From Carcharhinus longimanus (taxonomy: Eukaryota), in contig JASCQW010000032.1 of NCBI GenBank assembly GCA_030264375.1, positions 9,709,632-9,773,631 of the forward strand: DNA of 64,000 nt, written 5' to 3'. The position numbers and the translations under genes were made by a program. Below are positions 12,940-25,330 of the stretch, piece after piece. Position 1 is the first letter of the stretch. Every line of letters begins with the position of its first letter. Under the pieces are notes generated by a model. It was given only the letters and a program-made list of their open reading frames with translations, did not search any database and was not told where the DNA came from.

Positions 12940-13865
12940 TGTAAAGATGCACTTTCACAGATTTCATTAATGAACACAAAAGGTAATAAGAGTTGTACAG
13001 CAGCTGCATGGCTGTAGCTAGCTCCCAAAGTATCTCTGCTGAGGATCCTCTCTCACCATTGGGTGATTCAACGCCTTGAGTCCCAATTGGTCACCCACTC
13101 CAGATGACCCTTACTCTGCTGTGTTTCCCTTAAAGGGACAATCACTACAACCCTCCCTTTTTCATTCCTTTATACAATCTTCAATAACTAATTTATTCAG
13201 TCCTAAATATTAGCATTATGTACATGAGTTGGATGATTATAAATGTAGTTTATCAGTGAGTATTTTGTTTCTTGTGGAGTGATGTAATTCTGTTGTCTAA
13301 GATGCTTCCACAGGATTGATGTTAACTGAAACTGCAATAATAGGCCCCTCTTTTGGCATAGGCAGTTGATCACCACTTGCTTCCATGGAGACATCTGTTA
13401 CGTCAATAACAGATTGATCAGTTACTTCAGCGCTTACAGGTTTGAAAACATTTCTTAATGGCAACATTGACTGATGGAGCATCTCTAAGCTCCTCAAGTG
13501 GCCTATGTGTTTATGAATGACCCATCCTTCCTCATCCATTTGGTACGAAAGGGCTCAGGTCTTTGACACAGTAATTTTAGGGATCCAACTTGATCACTAT
13601 TGAAGTTTCTCATGTATATGTCTTCATTTACCATACATGATCGTGAATAATGGCTTGCTTTCTGATTACTTTGGCTGGCTCCTACCCTTCCTGACAAATT
13701 TGGAAGTATGCGGCTCAGTCTCATTCTGAAATGACATTTCATTTGCATTTCTGTTGGTAGAATTCCTGTTGTTACATGTGGGGTGGTACAATAACTAAGG
13801 AGGAATCATGAGATTTTGGTCTCCAAGGTTCCTCCTGATAGTGCAGCTTTATGTGTGGGAAGTTG
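12940..13865 (-). mobile_element. Gypsy (Mag-like) LTR retrotransposon relic: integrase C-terminus, PPT and 3' LTR
   Basis: Minus translation RTTPHVTTGILPTEMQMKCHFRMRLSRILPNLSGRV is an integrase tail. Polypurine tract AAAAAGGGAGGGT (13150-13162) precedes an LTR of ~210 bp at 12940-13149 bounded TGT...ACA, starting TGTAGTGATTGTCCCTTTAAGG. Confidence 0.85.
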
Positions 13866-13869
13866 TATC

Positions 13870-15412
13870 TTACAAATTTGATAGAGACTTTTGAAGGGGT
13901 GACCAAGAAAACATGAGGGCGGTGCAGTAGACGTTGTCTACATGGACTTTACCAAAGTCTTCAACAAGATACCGCATGATGGATTAGTCAGTAAGATTAG
14001 ATCACATGGGATCCAGGGAGAACTCAATTAGATACATAATTGGCTTGTCAGTAGGAAACAGAGGGTGGTGGTAAAGGATTGTTTTTCAGACTGGAGGTCT
14101 GTGACCACTGGTGTGCTGCAGGGATCGGTGCTGAGTCCACTGTTGTTTGTCATTTATGTAAATGATCTGGATGAGAATTTAGGAGGCATAAGAAATAGGA
14201 GCAGGAGTAGGCCATCTGGCCCTTCGGGCCTGCCCCGCCATTCAATAAGATCATGGCTGATCTNNNNNNNNNNNNNNNNNNNNNNNNNNNNNNNNNNNNN
14301 NNNNNNNNNNNNNNNNNNNNNNNNNNNNNNNNNNNNNNNNNNNNNNNNNNNNNNNNNNNNNNNAGAGGATCCTTCACCGCAAGGTCCCTAATTCTACCTG
14401 CCTCATTACATAGCACCAGATCCAAGATAGCTCGCTCCCTTGTCGGCTCCAACACACACTGTTCAAGGAAATTATCCCGGCAGCATTCCAAGATCATGGT
14501 TAGTAAGTTTGCAGTTGACACCAAAATTGGTGGTGTAGTGGACAGTGAAGAAGATTATCTAAGACAACATTGAGATCTTGATCAAATGGGCCAGCAGGCC
14601 GAGAAATGGCAGATGGAGTTTAATTCAGATAAATGCAAAGTGTTGCATTTTGGTAAGACAAACAGGGCAGGACTTGCACAGTTAATGGTGGGGCCCTGGG
14701 AAGTATTGTCAAACAGAGAGACCTAGGGCTGCAGGTACATAGTTCCTTGAAAGTGGCATCACAAGTAGACAGGGTGATGAAGAAGGCATTTGGCACATTT
14801 GCCTTCATCAGTTAGACCATTGAGTACGAGGGTTGGGACATTATGTTACAACAGTACAGGACCTTGGTGAGACCACATTTGGAGTATTGCATTAAATTCT
14901 GGTTGCCCTGCTATAGGAAAGATGTTATTAAACTGGAAAAGGTGCAAAAAAGATTTAAAAGGATGTTACCAGCACTGAAAGTTTGAATAATAAGGGGCAG
15001 CTGGATAGGCTGGGACTTTTTTCCCTGGAGCGTAGGAGGATGAGGGATGACCTTATAAAGTTTTATTAAGGAACATAGATAAGATGAATAGACAAGGTCT
15101 TTACCTTAGGGTAGGGGAGTCAGAAACTAAAGGGCATTGATTTAAGGTGAGAGGAAAGATTTAAAAGGGACCTGAGGGGCAACTTTTTCACACAGAAGAT
15201 AGTGTGTATATGGAATGAACTGCCAGTGGTGGTGGTAGAGGCAGGTACTATTACCGCATTTAAAAGATACTTGGACAGATACATGGATGAGAAGGGTTTA
15301 CAGGGATATGCGCCAAATGCAGGCAAATGGATCTAGGTCAGTTTAGGAAACCTGGTCGGCATGGACGGGTTGGACCAAAGGGCCTGTTTCCGTGCTGTAT
15401 ATCTCAATGACT
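13870..15412 (+). mobile_element. CR1 LINE RT to 3' end, with nested antisense CR1 insertion at ~14187-14495
   Basis: AVDVVYMDFTKVFNKIPH, WRSVTTGVLQGSVLSPLLFVIYVND, SKFAVDTKIGGVVD, CKVLHFG. CR1-type 3' tail at ~15360-15412. Confidence 0.95.
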
Positions 15413-15416
15413 TTAT

Positions 15417-15536
15417 GGGTGGGATTTTTGGTCATGCTCATCCAATGCTGAAAATTCCCAATGTCAATAGACCTTTGCATGATCCGTGTCCTGCCCACTA
15501 TGATTCCCGTGACGGGCAGGACGGGAAAATTCTGTC
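15417..15536. mobile_element. ~120-bp Harbinger-type MITE
   Basis: Imperfect TIRs (GGGTGGGATTTT / AAAATTCTGTC) flanked by a 3-bp TAT duplication. Related copies at 36000, 44276 and 56504. Confidence 0.7.
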
Positions 15537-17029
15537 TATGATTCTATAAAGGGACAATCACAACAGCAGGTTTCAAATTTACTTTTCAGCTTCCCTTTTG
15601 GGACACAAAGACTCCTCTGGGCCTCACAAGGAAATCTTCTGCCTTTTTTGTCCCTCCCTCAATCATAAAGAGAACTTTAATGAACACTTCTGATCACAGC
15701 AAGAATCTCCAATCATAGTCAAATCCTTGACTGAGGCCCCCTGCCAAAAAATGCGCATTCCCACTCACCAGCCAGTCTATCCAACAGGAGACTGAAGTTT
15801 ATTTAAGTGAAATTCTACCATTAAGATCATCAGAACTTAACTTCCCTGGTCTGACTGCACTTTTCCTGAGCTTCCCTGCATCAGCCTGCATCCTGTGACA
15901 GTGAATACGAACTTGACTTCTTTACCAATGAAAGAAAGTAGAAATTTGTACCTTATATGTGATGATGAGACTCCTTGGTATAAATCTAAGAAACACATGC
16001 AGGTAAAATGACCCTCTGAAGCTCCTGAATTAAGTTAATAAGTTAAAAGTAACTGCAGGTTCCTATGCTGGTGAATAAAACAAGAAGTTTGTAGCCCTGT
16101 ATAATATTCTCACAAACGATATGTGGTTATAAAGAAGTTACTTGTTCAAAGTTAATATTAAAAATAGCACCATCTTGTATGTAAATTTATATCAAACATT
16201 CCATTATTATATTGTTCTTTCTGATCCCTTGATAAATAGTTAGTGATAAGGCTTCACTGAAGCAGAGTAGCCTCAGCACTCCGATTTAAAAATAGCAATG
16301 TTAAAGCCAACATAATATTGCACCATTTAAGGTGGCAATAATTAGAGTAGACCACAATATATGTCTCTTGTAGATAGAGGTAACAAAATACCACTTGACA
16401 TTTATACAGACTATTAAAAAAAAACTCACACCGAACAGAAAATCGTCACCTGAGGGGATGCTTTAATGAATTAAGTGAAGTTTTCTTCACTTTCCAGTTT
16501 TCTTACATGATCCAATATACACAAGCAGATTTATTGTATTAAAATTTGTTCCAGTAAATGCAGAAAATGTTCCAAGACTGTACCAGTAGAACATGGTGCA
16601 AGCAGTTGAAATGGATGCAGTGCCTATCTCCTTGTCCTATCTGATGAAGGTACTTCGGATTGGACCTGCTTTCAGGCAGAGAACTCAAGAAGAAGAACAT
16701 GCCTCACCTTTTTATTGTCCTTTTTATGGTTACTTAATTGTCATCTTTCACCTTGGAAGATGATACACTTCAACGAATCAGTCTCAGTTTTTTTTGCACC
16801 ATACATTTCATAGTTAATAAAAAAGATTCAAGAAAAGTATCAGTTTTTCAGGTAAGAAGCAATTCACATTATAAAATGCAAATTAAGTTTGGTAAAATGT
16901 TGCCAAAATAAATCAATTTACCCCTGATAGAAATATTACTTCAACAATTGTTTGGACTGGGAGTGGAGATTGGCAGCAAGTCCACCTAAAGATGTGCACA
17001 TTTTTGAATTTCTTTTCATGGTTTGTGAC

Positions 17030-17918
17030 TTAGAGAATTATCTTACCAAAAAAATTCAATGAGCCGAACGAGTGTAAAAACGGGATAGTTTCAGATCCAT
17101 TTCGAGGCCACAAGGGAAATCTTATGGCATTTAGTGCAAAAAAGTATGCAAGTTTGATTTCTGCCAGTAGAGATAGTGGACAGAGTCTATTCTCGCTGGA
17201 AAGCTGTCTCTTCATAGTAGAGAGCGCTATTGGTTGCACAGAACAAAGAGAAATCTGTCAGTCACACCCCTCCCTGATATTGCATCCCCCAATTCCCCCA
17301 CCCTCACCTTATCGCACCCCAACCCTTCCCACCAGCCAATCGCAACCCCTCACCCCAAGGTTGATCGACGCCCTGTCTGTTCGCTGGTTGCAGGCCGTGC
17401 AGCACCCCACCCTCCTGTCTCCCTTTCGGCCCCATGCCATCATGGTCCTGCCCCTCCGCTTAGGCCCACACCATCATGATCCCACCCCTTGGCACTGCCT
17501 CATGCTTGTTGGGGAGTGCCAGGGTGCCCGGTGGGCAGTGTCAGGGTGCCTGTTGTGCAGAGCCAGGCTGGCAATGCCAGGGTCCCAGGCTGGTAGTGCT
17601 AGGTTGGCATTGCCCAAGCAGCACAGCCCCCTTTCCCTGATTATCTGGGGGGGGGCCTCAATGGTTTTTGGTCTTATCAGCAAGGTCACCATCACAAGTC
17701 CCCATTGATGGCGACCATAAGCGTAGCGTGCCGGTGAGGACCTTCACCGGCAAAGCCATTAAGACAAGTGAGCCCTGACGATATAAATTTAATATATAGA
17801 TTTATATATTAAAATCAGCGTGATCACGCTGGAAACCTGATTGTTCACCTCTCACGAGATCTTCCCCGCTTCCCCCCTACCCCCATCAACTGGTTTGACA
17901 AGCCATTAAGATCGCCCC
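17030..17918. mobile_element. GC-rich non-autonomous Harbinger-type element (MITE)
   Basis: Right end TAAGATCGCCCC, left end ATCTTACCAAAAAAATTC. C-rich interior with GGCAGTGCCAGGGTGCC-like motifs shared with the 26176 and 30055 elements. Confidence 0.7.
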
Positions 17919-18419
17919 TACTTTTAGAACAAATTAGAAGTTAAGTTTATCTTGGGCAGTAGCAGAGAACAGGTAACAGCAAACCATCAGGTTCATGGGA
18001 AAGAAAATCAGACTGCCAATTCATTATCACCAGCTTTCCATGACCTCCAAGGTGAACTTCACCCCCATTGTGTGTTGTAAATGGCGAGCTACAATGAGAG
18101 TTTCAGTAGAGTTGTACTCTTGTTCGATATGTGTGCTTGAGAGCAAATCAAAGGTCAAATTTTACCGAATAGCTGATTTATTAATTGGATGGATATTCTT
18201 TTCACTTCTGTGACACATTACCAATGTGAAGTTTCAGTTCTAAATTTATATCGTTTTTCCAACCACTCGCCCCAATGATCTATAGCAATTGTACTTTTGT
18301 GGTCTGCAGGCTGCTCTCTTAATCATTTGTACAGTCAATGTTTCAGTATAGATGATTCATAAATATTCAATATATGTTCTCATGAAAGAAAAGCTTTCTT
18401 ATTTGTTTATAAATACATA

Positions 18420-18790
18420 AAGAAAGAACTTGCACTCATATCACGCTTTTCAGATTCTCAGGATGTCCCAAAGTGCTTTACAACTAATGAATTATTTTTG
18501 ACATGTAAATTATGTGAGCAGATGTGACAGCATCATAAAAACATTCCACATACAGCAATATTCATCTGTTTTGGTGGCACTGATTTATGGGAAAAAGTTG
18601 TTCAGAGCAAATCCATGGAATCTTTTACCTGATCAGGCAGATGGGGCCAAGTTTAAACACTCATCCAACAGACAGCATCCCCCACAGTTTAGCAGTGCTT
18701 CGTTTGCACTGGTTTGTCATCTTAGATTATGTACTGCCCTCCTGAAAATATCCTTGAATCCATTAGCTTTTGGCTTGGAGATGAGCTTTG
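18420..18790 (-). mobile_element. Old DeuSINE-like SINE remnant
   Basis: aagaacttgcact..at..cgcttttca...caggatgtcccaaagtgctttaca is the reverse complement of the tail seen at 33390-33450. Confidence 0.55.
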
Positions 18791-19138
18791 GCTGATATAA
18801 AATATGTCATTCTGATTATGAGAAACCAGGTAGGTGATTTAAAACAACTTTTATATTGCACAGTTCATCTGAACAACATTTGCTGCTGGTATGTACCTCA
18901 GGGGCATAATTTTGAGCCTGCACTGGCCATCAGCTTAAACTGTGACGTGGGCCCAAATTCTTGTGAGAGTCAGGAAATGAGATTCTTGCCGGCAAGACCA
19001 GCCCCTTGCGGAGTATGGGACAGCGGGGCCTGCTGACTTACCAGGGACAAGGCCACACACTTAGGTGGTTCAGGGAAGACATGACCGCGTATAGGGGTAT
19101 TAGTAGAGAACACTATACCTCCAGATGACAGAGATTGA

Positions 19139-19600
19139 ATGTCAGAAATCACTGTGTTTGTCCCAAGGGTCAGTGGACCATCTGTTCCAGATCATGCAGG
19201 CAACACATGGGCTGGGAGGTCACCCATAGCCTTGGTCCTGAAGGTCACAGCTGTGCTGAACTTTTATGTGAGTGGGTCATTTCACGGCTGCACTAGGAAC
19301 CTCTGTGGTATATCCAAGTCCGCCACACTTAAGTGCATTAGGGAAGTGACTGGTGCGCTATTTACAAGGGCTAACCAAGACTCCAGGGCCATGGTGCTTT
19401 ACTGCATAATTGGTTTGCCCCAAGTGCAGGGTCTGATTGACTGCATTGTTGTAGATTGGCATTCTCCATGGCGGTATGGGGTGCCTTTCATAAACTGCAA
19501 GGAATTCTATTCGCTGAATGTGCAGGTTGTCTGTGACCATGCAATGTGCATTATGCAGGTGTACCTCCTGTTTCCTGGGGAGTGTCCATGATTGTTACAC
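19139..19600 (+). pseudogene. Harbinger (HARBI1-like) DDE transposase fragment: HTH region and first catalytic D
   Basis: LKVTAVLNFYVSGSFH..LCGISKSATLKCIREVTGALF..PQVQGLIDC..FINCKEFYSLNVQVVCDH..IMQV..FPG. TIR-like GGGGCATAATTTT at 18901. Confidence 0.9.
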
Positions 19601-20235
19601 TCTTGAATGCAAACTCCCACTCGCCTCTTATTTTCCTGAACTTTTATTACATTTTCATGAACTTGCAGACATTTCCTGGTGTTCAGAACAGTCCTGAGAT
19701 ATTTATTAAGTGGCATCAATAAGTATATATTAAATTCAATGCAAAATATATAAACAAACTCAACGCTGATCACGTAAGTAATAAAAGATTAATTTCCTGA
19801 AGATGATGTAACACCTTATATGTATACTTAAACTGAAAATGCTAGCCGTTATTATTGATATTGTTCACAGTAAAACAGTTAATACACTTGTGCAGTGTTC
19901 CTATATTTATTATTTTAATGAAACTATTACCTGTTAATTTTAAATAGTAAGCTAAGTGCCATATTTAGGCCATAGTATATTTTTATTTGTTGTTTTCTTC
20001 ATGGTACCTTTGGTATTAAAATTAAATCCACTTAAAAAGCCTGCCCGATTAATGCACAATCTTTAGGAGTGGATTTTTGTTTCAGTTATCCAAATATAAA
20101 TGAATATAATAATACTCTAATTTGCATCCTTTTTGACTGTGCTTTGTTGAGTGATTTCAATGGGGTTAGTACAAGTTAGAACAATTACATAATTCCAGGA
20201 CCTTGGAACTCAGGTTGCTTAGCTTTGGCATCCTT

Positions 20236-20674
20236 TAAAGTTTACTTGTTAGTGTCACAATAGGCTTACATTAACACTGCAATGAACTTACTGTGAAAAT
20301 TCCTTAGTTGCCACACTCCAACACCTGTTTGGGTATACTGAGGGGGAATTTGACATGGCCAATGCACCTAACCAGCATCTTTAAGATAAAACCAGAGCAC
20401 TCAGAAAAACCCCACNNNNNNNNNNNNNNNNNNNNNNNNNNNNNNNNNNNNNNNNNNNNNNNNNNNNNNNNNNNNNNNNNNNNNNNNNNNNNNNNNNNNN
20501 NNNNNNNNNNNNNNNGCCTAACCAGCATCTTTAAGATAAAACCAGAGCACTCAGAAAAACCCCACACTGACACGGGGAGAACATGCAGACTCCTCACAGA
20601 CAGTGACTCAAGCTGGGAATTGAACCCTGGCACTGTGAGACAGCAGTGCTAACCACTGTGCCACTGTGCAGCCC
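20236..20674 (-). mobile_element. tRNA-derived SINE (HE1-like head) with non-CR1 tail; assembly duplication around the gap
   Basis: The reverse strand has A box TGGCACAGTGG, B box GGTTCAATTCC and tail ...TGTGACACTAACAAGTAAACTTT. Confidence 0.88.
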
Positions 20675-22339
20675 TTTTTAAATCAAATCCTGGCCATTTG
20701 TCAGCCTAATATAATCACAAGAGGTACAGATGTGATTCCCTTTGGAATTCAAAGGAATTACATATGAACATACTTAGGAATTAAGAGCAGTTGTCGGCCA
20801 GATGGCCTCTCAAGTCTAATCTGCCATTCAATAAGATCATGGCTGGATTATTATGTATATGCCCAATTCAGCAATCTTCCTAAAGCCATAAACAGAGAGA
20901 GGCAGGAGGCTATGTGCAGAATTCTCCTAAGTCCCTGATAATGTGTTTCATAATGGCTCTGGTGAGAAAATATAGTGAGAGGGAAAAAAACAGGTTTCAT
21001 GCTGGAATGAATTTGCAGTGAGATCTTCCATTAGTACCCATCATGGAGGGTCAAAAAACCTGCCAGAGGATGGCGTGAATCCCATTTGCATGCCATTAAT
21101 AGGTTGTAGGTTCCCAGCAATGCTGGCATGAAACATGTTCATACAATACAGCATTCAGATGTCAGGACTCACCTAAACAATGTCTGGAGTTATCTCTGGA
21201 GATCAGAATGGAGGTTGCCCACACCCTTGGATCCTGGCACACCACAGTAGGGGGACGGGGACACATCTGCAGATGGACCTTCCAGATCAAGTGTCCCCGA
21301 AGGGTCTATCTACCTGTTATGTTTCTGAAAATCCATCATTGTTTTCAGGAGGTCCATCTTCCAGTTTCAGTGCACCTCGGAAGTACCCAGAAGATCAGTC
21401 TTTTTCAGAGATTCACCTTTCTTCTTTAGTTATAATGTTGGATGCCTTTTCAGTTTGACACCTGGACATCATGGCAGACTACACATCATTCAGACTTGCC
21501 CCACCACTGAATACAGCATGAAACACCCAGGTGCTTGCCTGCAAAGCAGTAAAGTTGGCTGGAAACCAACTTAATGTGTGCCACCCCACAGCCATACCAT
21601 GCTGAGGGCAAATCCACTCTTGGGAGCAGCCAGACAATCCGACCAGCTAGTAGCTCGATCACTCCTGGCAGCACCAGAGCTGAGTATTGGGCATTACCAG
21701 GCCTGCAGGAAGAAGCCCGAAGAGGAACATGGTTGCCCTCAAAAAGTATCGAGTTCCAGAGTTTTAGGACAGGGAGGGATCCCAGACGGTTGCGAGGCCG
21801 GGTTATGTTGGTTGGGAGGCAACAATGTCTTGAGGGTGCCCCCAATGTACATAGGCAACTCTCCAATTGAGGTTCCCCTTATCTTCCAACTTTTCTTCAT
21901 GTAGACCTTTATAAACAGCCTGCCCACTGCCCAAACTAAATGTGTTATGGATTCAACAAGGCTAAGACTCATTTGCTTTTCTTCTACCACAAGTAATTAA
22001 CACTCACTGACTAGAATCATACACAAATGTGGATGATATAATAAAGAGACCATTCTCGAGCTATGGATAGGGAAGAAACCACAATATTATTAAAATCATT
22101 CACATCATTGCAGAAGACATTTGGTTTGAAACTTACTTCCACTGGGTGGGCATGCCATTACCCAGAAGACTGTGAAATAGTGCATGATGACTTCGGGCAT
22201 GCATCCTAATTCAGCAGACAAAGGCACAGAGTTGTATGTGCCTACTGGCGATTAAAGGGCTGATTAAGAGAATTAAGCCTCATGAGCTAACCTGCTGATG
22301 GGTAGTCTATATTCAGCAAGGAGCATGTTCACTGAGGAG

Positions 22340-23410
22340 GAGGGGCAGAGAATGTAAATATTGAGGAGGCCAGATGGTCGCAGGCATATTCCTCAGGCAA
22401 AAGTCCACAAACAGGATGATCAGGGTCATCAGAGAGGGCAAGGAAACCAACCTCGAGAAGATGCCACTACCCTGCTGCTCCAGAGTACAGAGCCTGGTTC
22501 TCACATCTGCCACATGATTGGGCCTGAAATAGCTTCTAATTATGTTGCTCTAAAGGTGACAGTGATACTCAATTTCTATGCCACCGATCCTTCCAGGGTG
22601 CTGTAGATGATCCTGGTGGAGTCTCAGTCTGCTGCACGCAGTTGTATCAAGCTGGTCACTGATGAACTGTTCTGGCTTGTAAGCAGATGTATCAATTTCA
22701 GGACTGACCAGACCAGCCACGTTGAGAGGGCAAGAGATTTCTCTGCCATTGCAGGGTCCCCTGCATCCATGGAGCCATTGATTGTACTCATTTGGCCATC
22801 AAGGCACCAGCTGGTCAGCTGGGAACTTTTGTCAACAGGAAAAGCTTTCACTCAATAAACTGTCAGATTGTGTGTGACAATAGGACTCCCATTCTGCAGA
22901 CAGTAGTACTCATGATCCATACATTCTTTGTCATTTGTGGGTACTCAGGCTCTTTGCAGCTCCTGCTCAGCTAGATGGGTGGTTGATTGGAGACAAGGGT
23001 TACCAACTGAAAAGGTGGTTGATGGCACCTTTCAGGTAACTAAGGACAGATGCAGAAGAATGATACAACCATTGCCATGTATCAATTAGGGCAGTGGTGA
23101 AAAGGACCATTAGCTGCTAAAGATATGTTTCAGATGTCTTGATTGATCTGGGGGGTGCCGTGCAGTCCCAACTTGAGCATGTGCTGCTCATTGTGGTAGT
23201 TTGCTGTACAATGTACAATCTGGTTGTTTCCAGCAGGGAGCATCTTGAGAAGGATAATGATGAAATGGCTTTAGCCCCACACGAGGACACAAACAAGGGC
23301 TCCGATGCTAATGAGGGCAACCAGAAGTTGAGGCCGATGATGAAATGTGGATCTTCCAGGGAGGGCAGGGCCAGAGACTGATTCAGCAATCTTTCTGATA
23401 GGCTGGCTTG
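22340..23410 (+). pseudogene. Harbinger DDE transposase pseudogene
   Basis: Across frameshifts: VALKVTVILNFYAT, SQSAARSCIKLVTDELF, GAIDCTHLAIKAP, FVNRKSFHSINCQIVCD, STHD, WLIGDKGYQLKRWLMAPF, YNHCH..RAVVKRTI, IVVVCCTMYNL. Confidence 0.93.
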
Positions 23411-23649
23411 CCACATCACCCGTAGGAAATAACATCCTCTCAGATACATAGCACTCTTCCATTCCATAAGGCTACCACCACCAAATAAAATTTGAAACCC
23501 TATACATTTCTGATCAGGAAATAGCAAGTCTGACACCAGTGCAGCACACAGAGACACATCTGGAGTGAACTATTGAATATATTAAAGATAACAAATTACA
23601 GGAATAGCAAACAGAACTTTGATGCAAGTGAATAATTAACACAAAATCT

Positions 23650-25330
23650 AGATCATCCAGTTAGAATCGCTGCTTGTGTCAAGTATGTCTTCAATTTTTG
23701 TTTTTGGGCGTCCTCTGGTCAACGGGGCCTGAGCAAGCCTTGCCTGGGAAGGTTCATTGGACAGCATTACCAGGCACCCCTCAGTCATCACACTTACCTG
23801 GCAAAGAGATTGAGGATCTGGAGCCCTCACCCAGGGCTCCATGAGAGAATTCCACAGAGATAGCAAACACCTTGACCACCATTCTGAAGTGTCCTCACCT
23901 CCCTGCTTGCCAATGAACAATGGCCAACAATCGGTAGAACAGATTGGCAGCTCCTTTTCCCACACTGACAAAGACCTTCTGAGGTCAGTGCCTTTGTGAG
24001 ATCTTGCAGGTCTGTGTGCAATCAAACATATGCGTCATTGCTCTCCTGGAGTTGTCTCTTCTTGAGAGTCATACTCTCTCCATGGAGAAAGCTATGTGCC
24101 TAGAGCTCAGGGTCACCGCAGTGCTCATGCTCTACATGGACTCCCCCATGACAGAGACCATGGCACACAGACCTACATGTATCTCTTCCAGATCACACTG
24201 CGCATCCCACTGCACATCCAGCATTTGCCATCTTATGAATGATTCCAAAGGCTCATCATCTCCCCTGGACCTATAATAGCCCTTGCCCCCAGCAGTCATC
24301 CGATCACTGTCACTCTGGATGCTCTGCCATTGCCCATGTGAGCATAAAGTGCCCTCACCTCTGTGCACTACCACCTATCCTGACACATTAATGGCCACTG
24401 ATATGCATGATTCTGTGCTTGTGCAGGGTGGTGAGAGATGGTATGCCACAAGTGGTGTCTTAGGTGTCAAAGCAGGGGAAAGGGTAATCTGCCTGCTGGC
24501 TGTGATGATGGATGGATCATCTGAGTGATGAAAACGAGGGTGAGCTTCATTATTCAGATTACAGAGCTTGACATCTCTTTACATGCTTGCACAGGCAATG
24601 AGCCTAAGCTGAAAGTCGAGTTCGTAATACCTGGCTCAAAACTAAAGTTGCTCTGATGGAGCGGAGCCTCCATCTGGAGCGGAGCCTCCCTCAGCCTGAA
24701 TGGTACACATTGCTCAATGGGCATTTATCTTCCACATGGATGCCAGCCTTTCTGCAACTTGATGATTATTCCACCCTCCTCCCTTCCTCCAGATCCAGGG
24801 CTGCAGATCATGATTGGTGAGGATCACCAGGTCCAGAACTCCCCACCAGTGGCAGATCACTCCCAGTTGTTTTGGCTGCATTTCTTCTGCAAGTAAGTAT
24901 AGAGCTCCAATAAATGCTGTGACCTTAAACCATGTTGCCCCCCTCCAACTCTAAACATCCCCGGAAAAGTCTGAGAGTATAGCCACTTCTTCGACACCTG
25001 AATATTTGATGGACCAGAGGCTGATGAATGGTCTCTCCTGTCTTAGGATGCTCAGGCACATGGCAATCTGAGAGTACATGAAATCCACACACTTTATCAC
25101 AACCACTTCCTCAGTGCCCAGTTCACCAAAATGCCCACTCAGTACTCACCTGTGCCAAGCACAAAAGGTCATTAAAACTTTACAGCACTAGATCCTTTTG
25201 TCATGGCATGACTGGCATTCTTCTGCAGCCTGTGGAGGCCACTTTTGAAATTCACAAAGGGCTGCCATATGACATGGCACCACTATGTGGCCACCTCCAC
25301 TGGTCCTGCTCCAACAATGTGAACAGGAAT
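23650..25330 (-). pseudogene. Harbinger Myb/SANT DNA-binding partner gene (spliced), decayed
   Basis: KRI*CCK/FNDLLCLAQ|gtgagt donor (intron 24887-25149), acceptor ttgcag|KKCSQNNWE*SATGG. Downstream exon DDEPLESFIRWQMLDVQ..LEEIHVGLCAMVSVMGESM at ~24130-24270. Confidence 0.8.

Noticed and set aside
16640-16675. CTGATGA-AGGT...ACCT as a hammerhead
   Set aside because: No GAAA box follows the putative stem II.
20366-20565. Exact ~50-bp direct repeat inside a SINE
   Set aside because: It flanks a 100-N gap exactly, typical of an unmerged contig overlap.
24657-24692. 18-bp tandem duplication TGGAGCGGAGCCTCCATC
   Set aside because: Only two units; a local slippage or duplication within a dead transposon, not an array.
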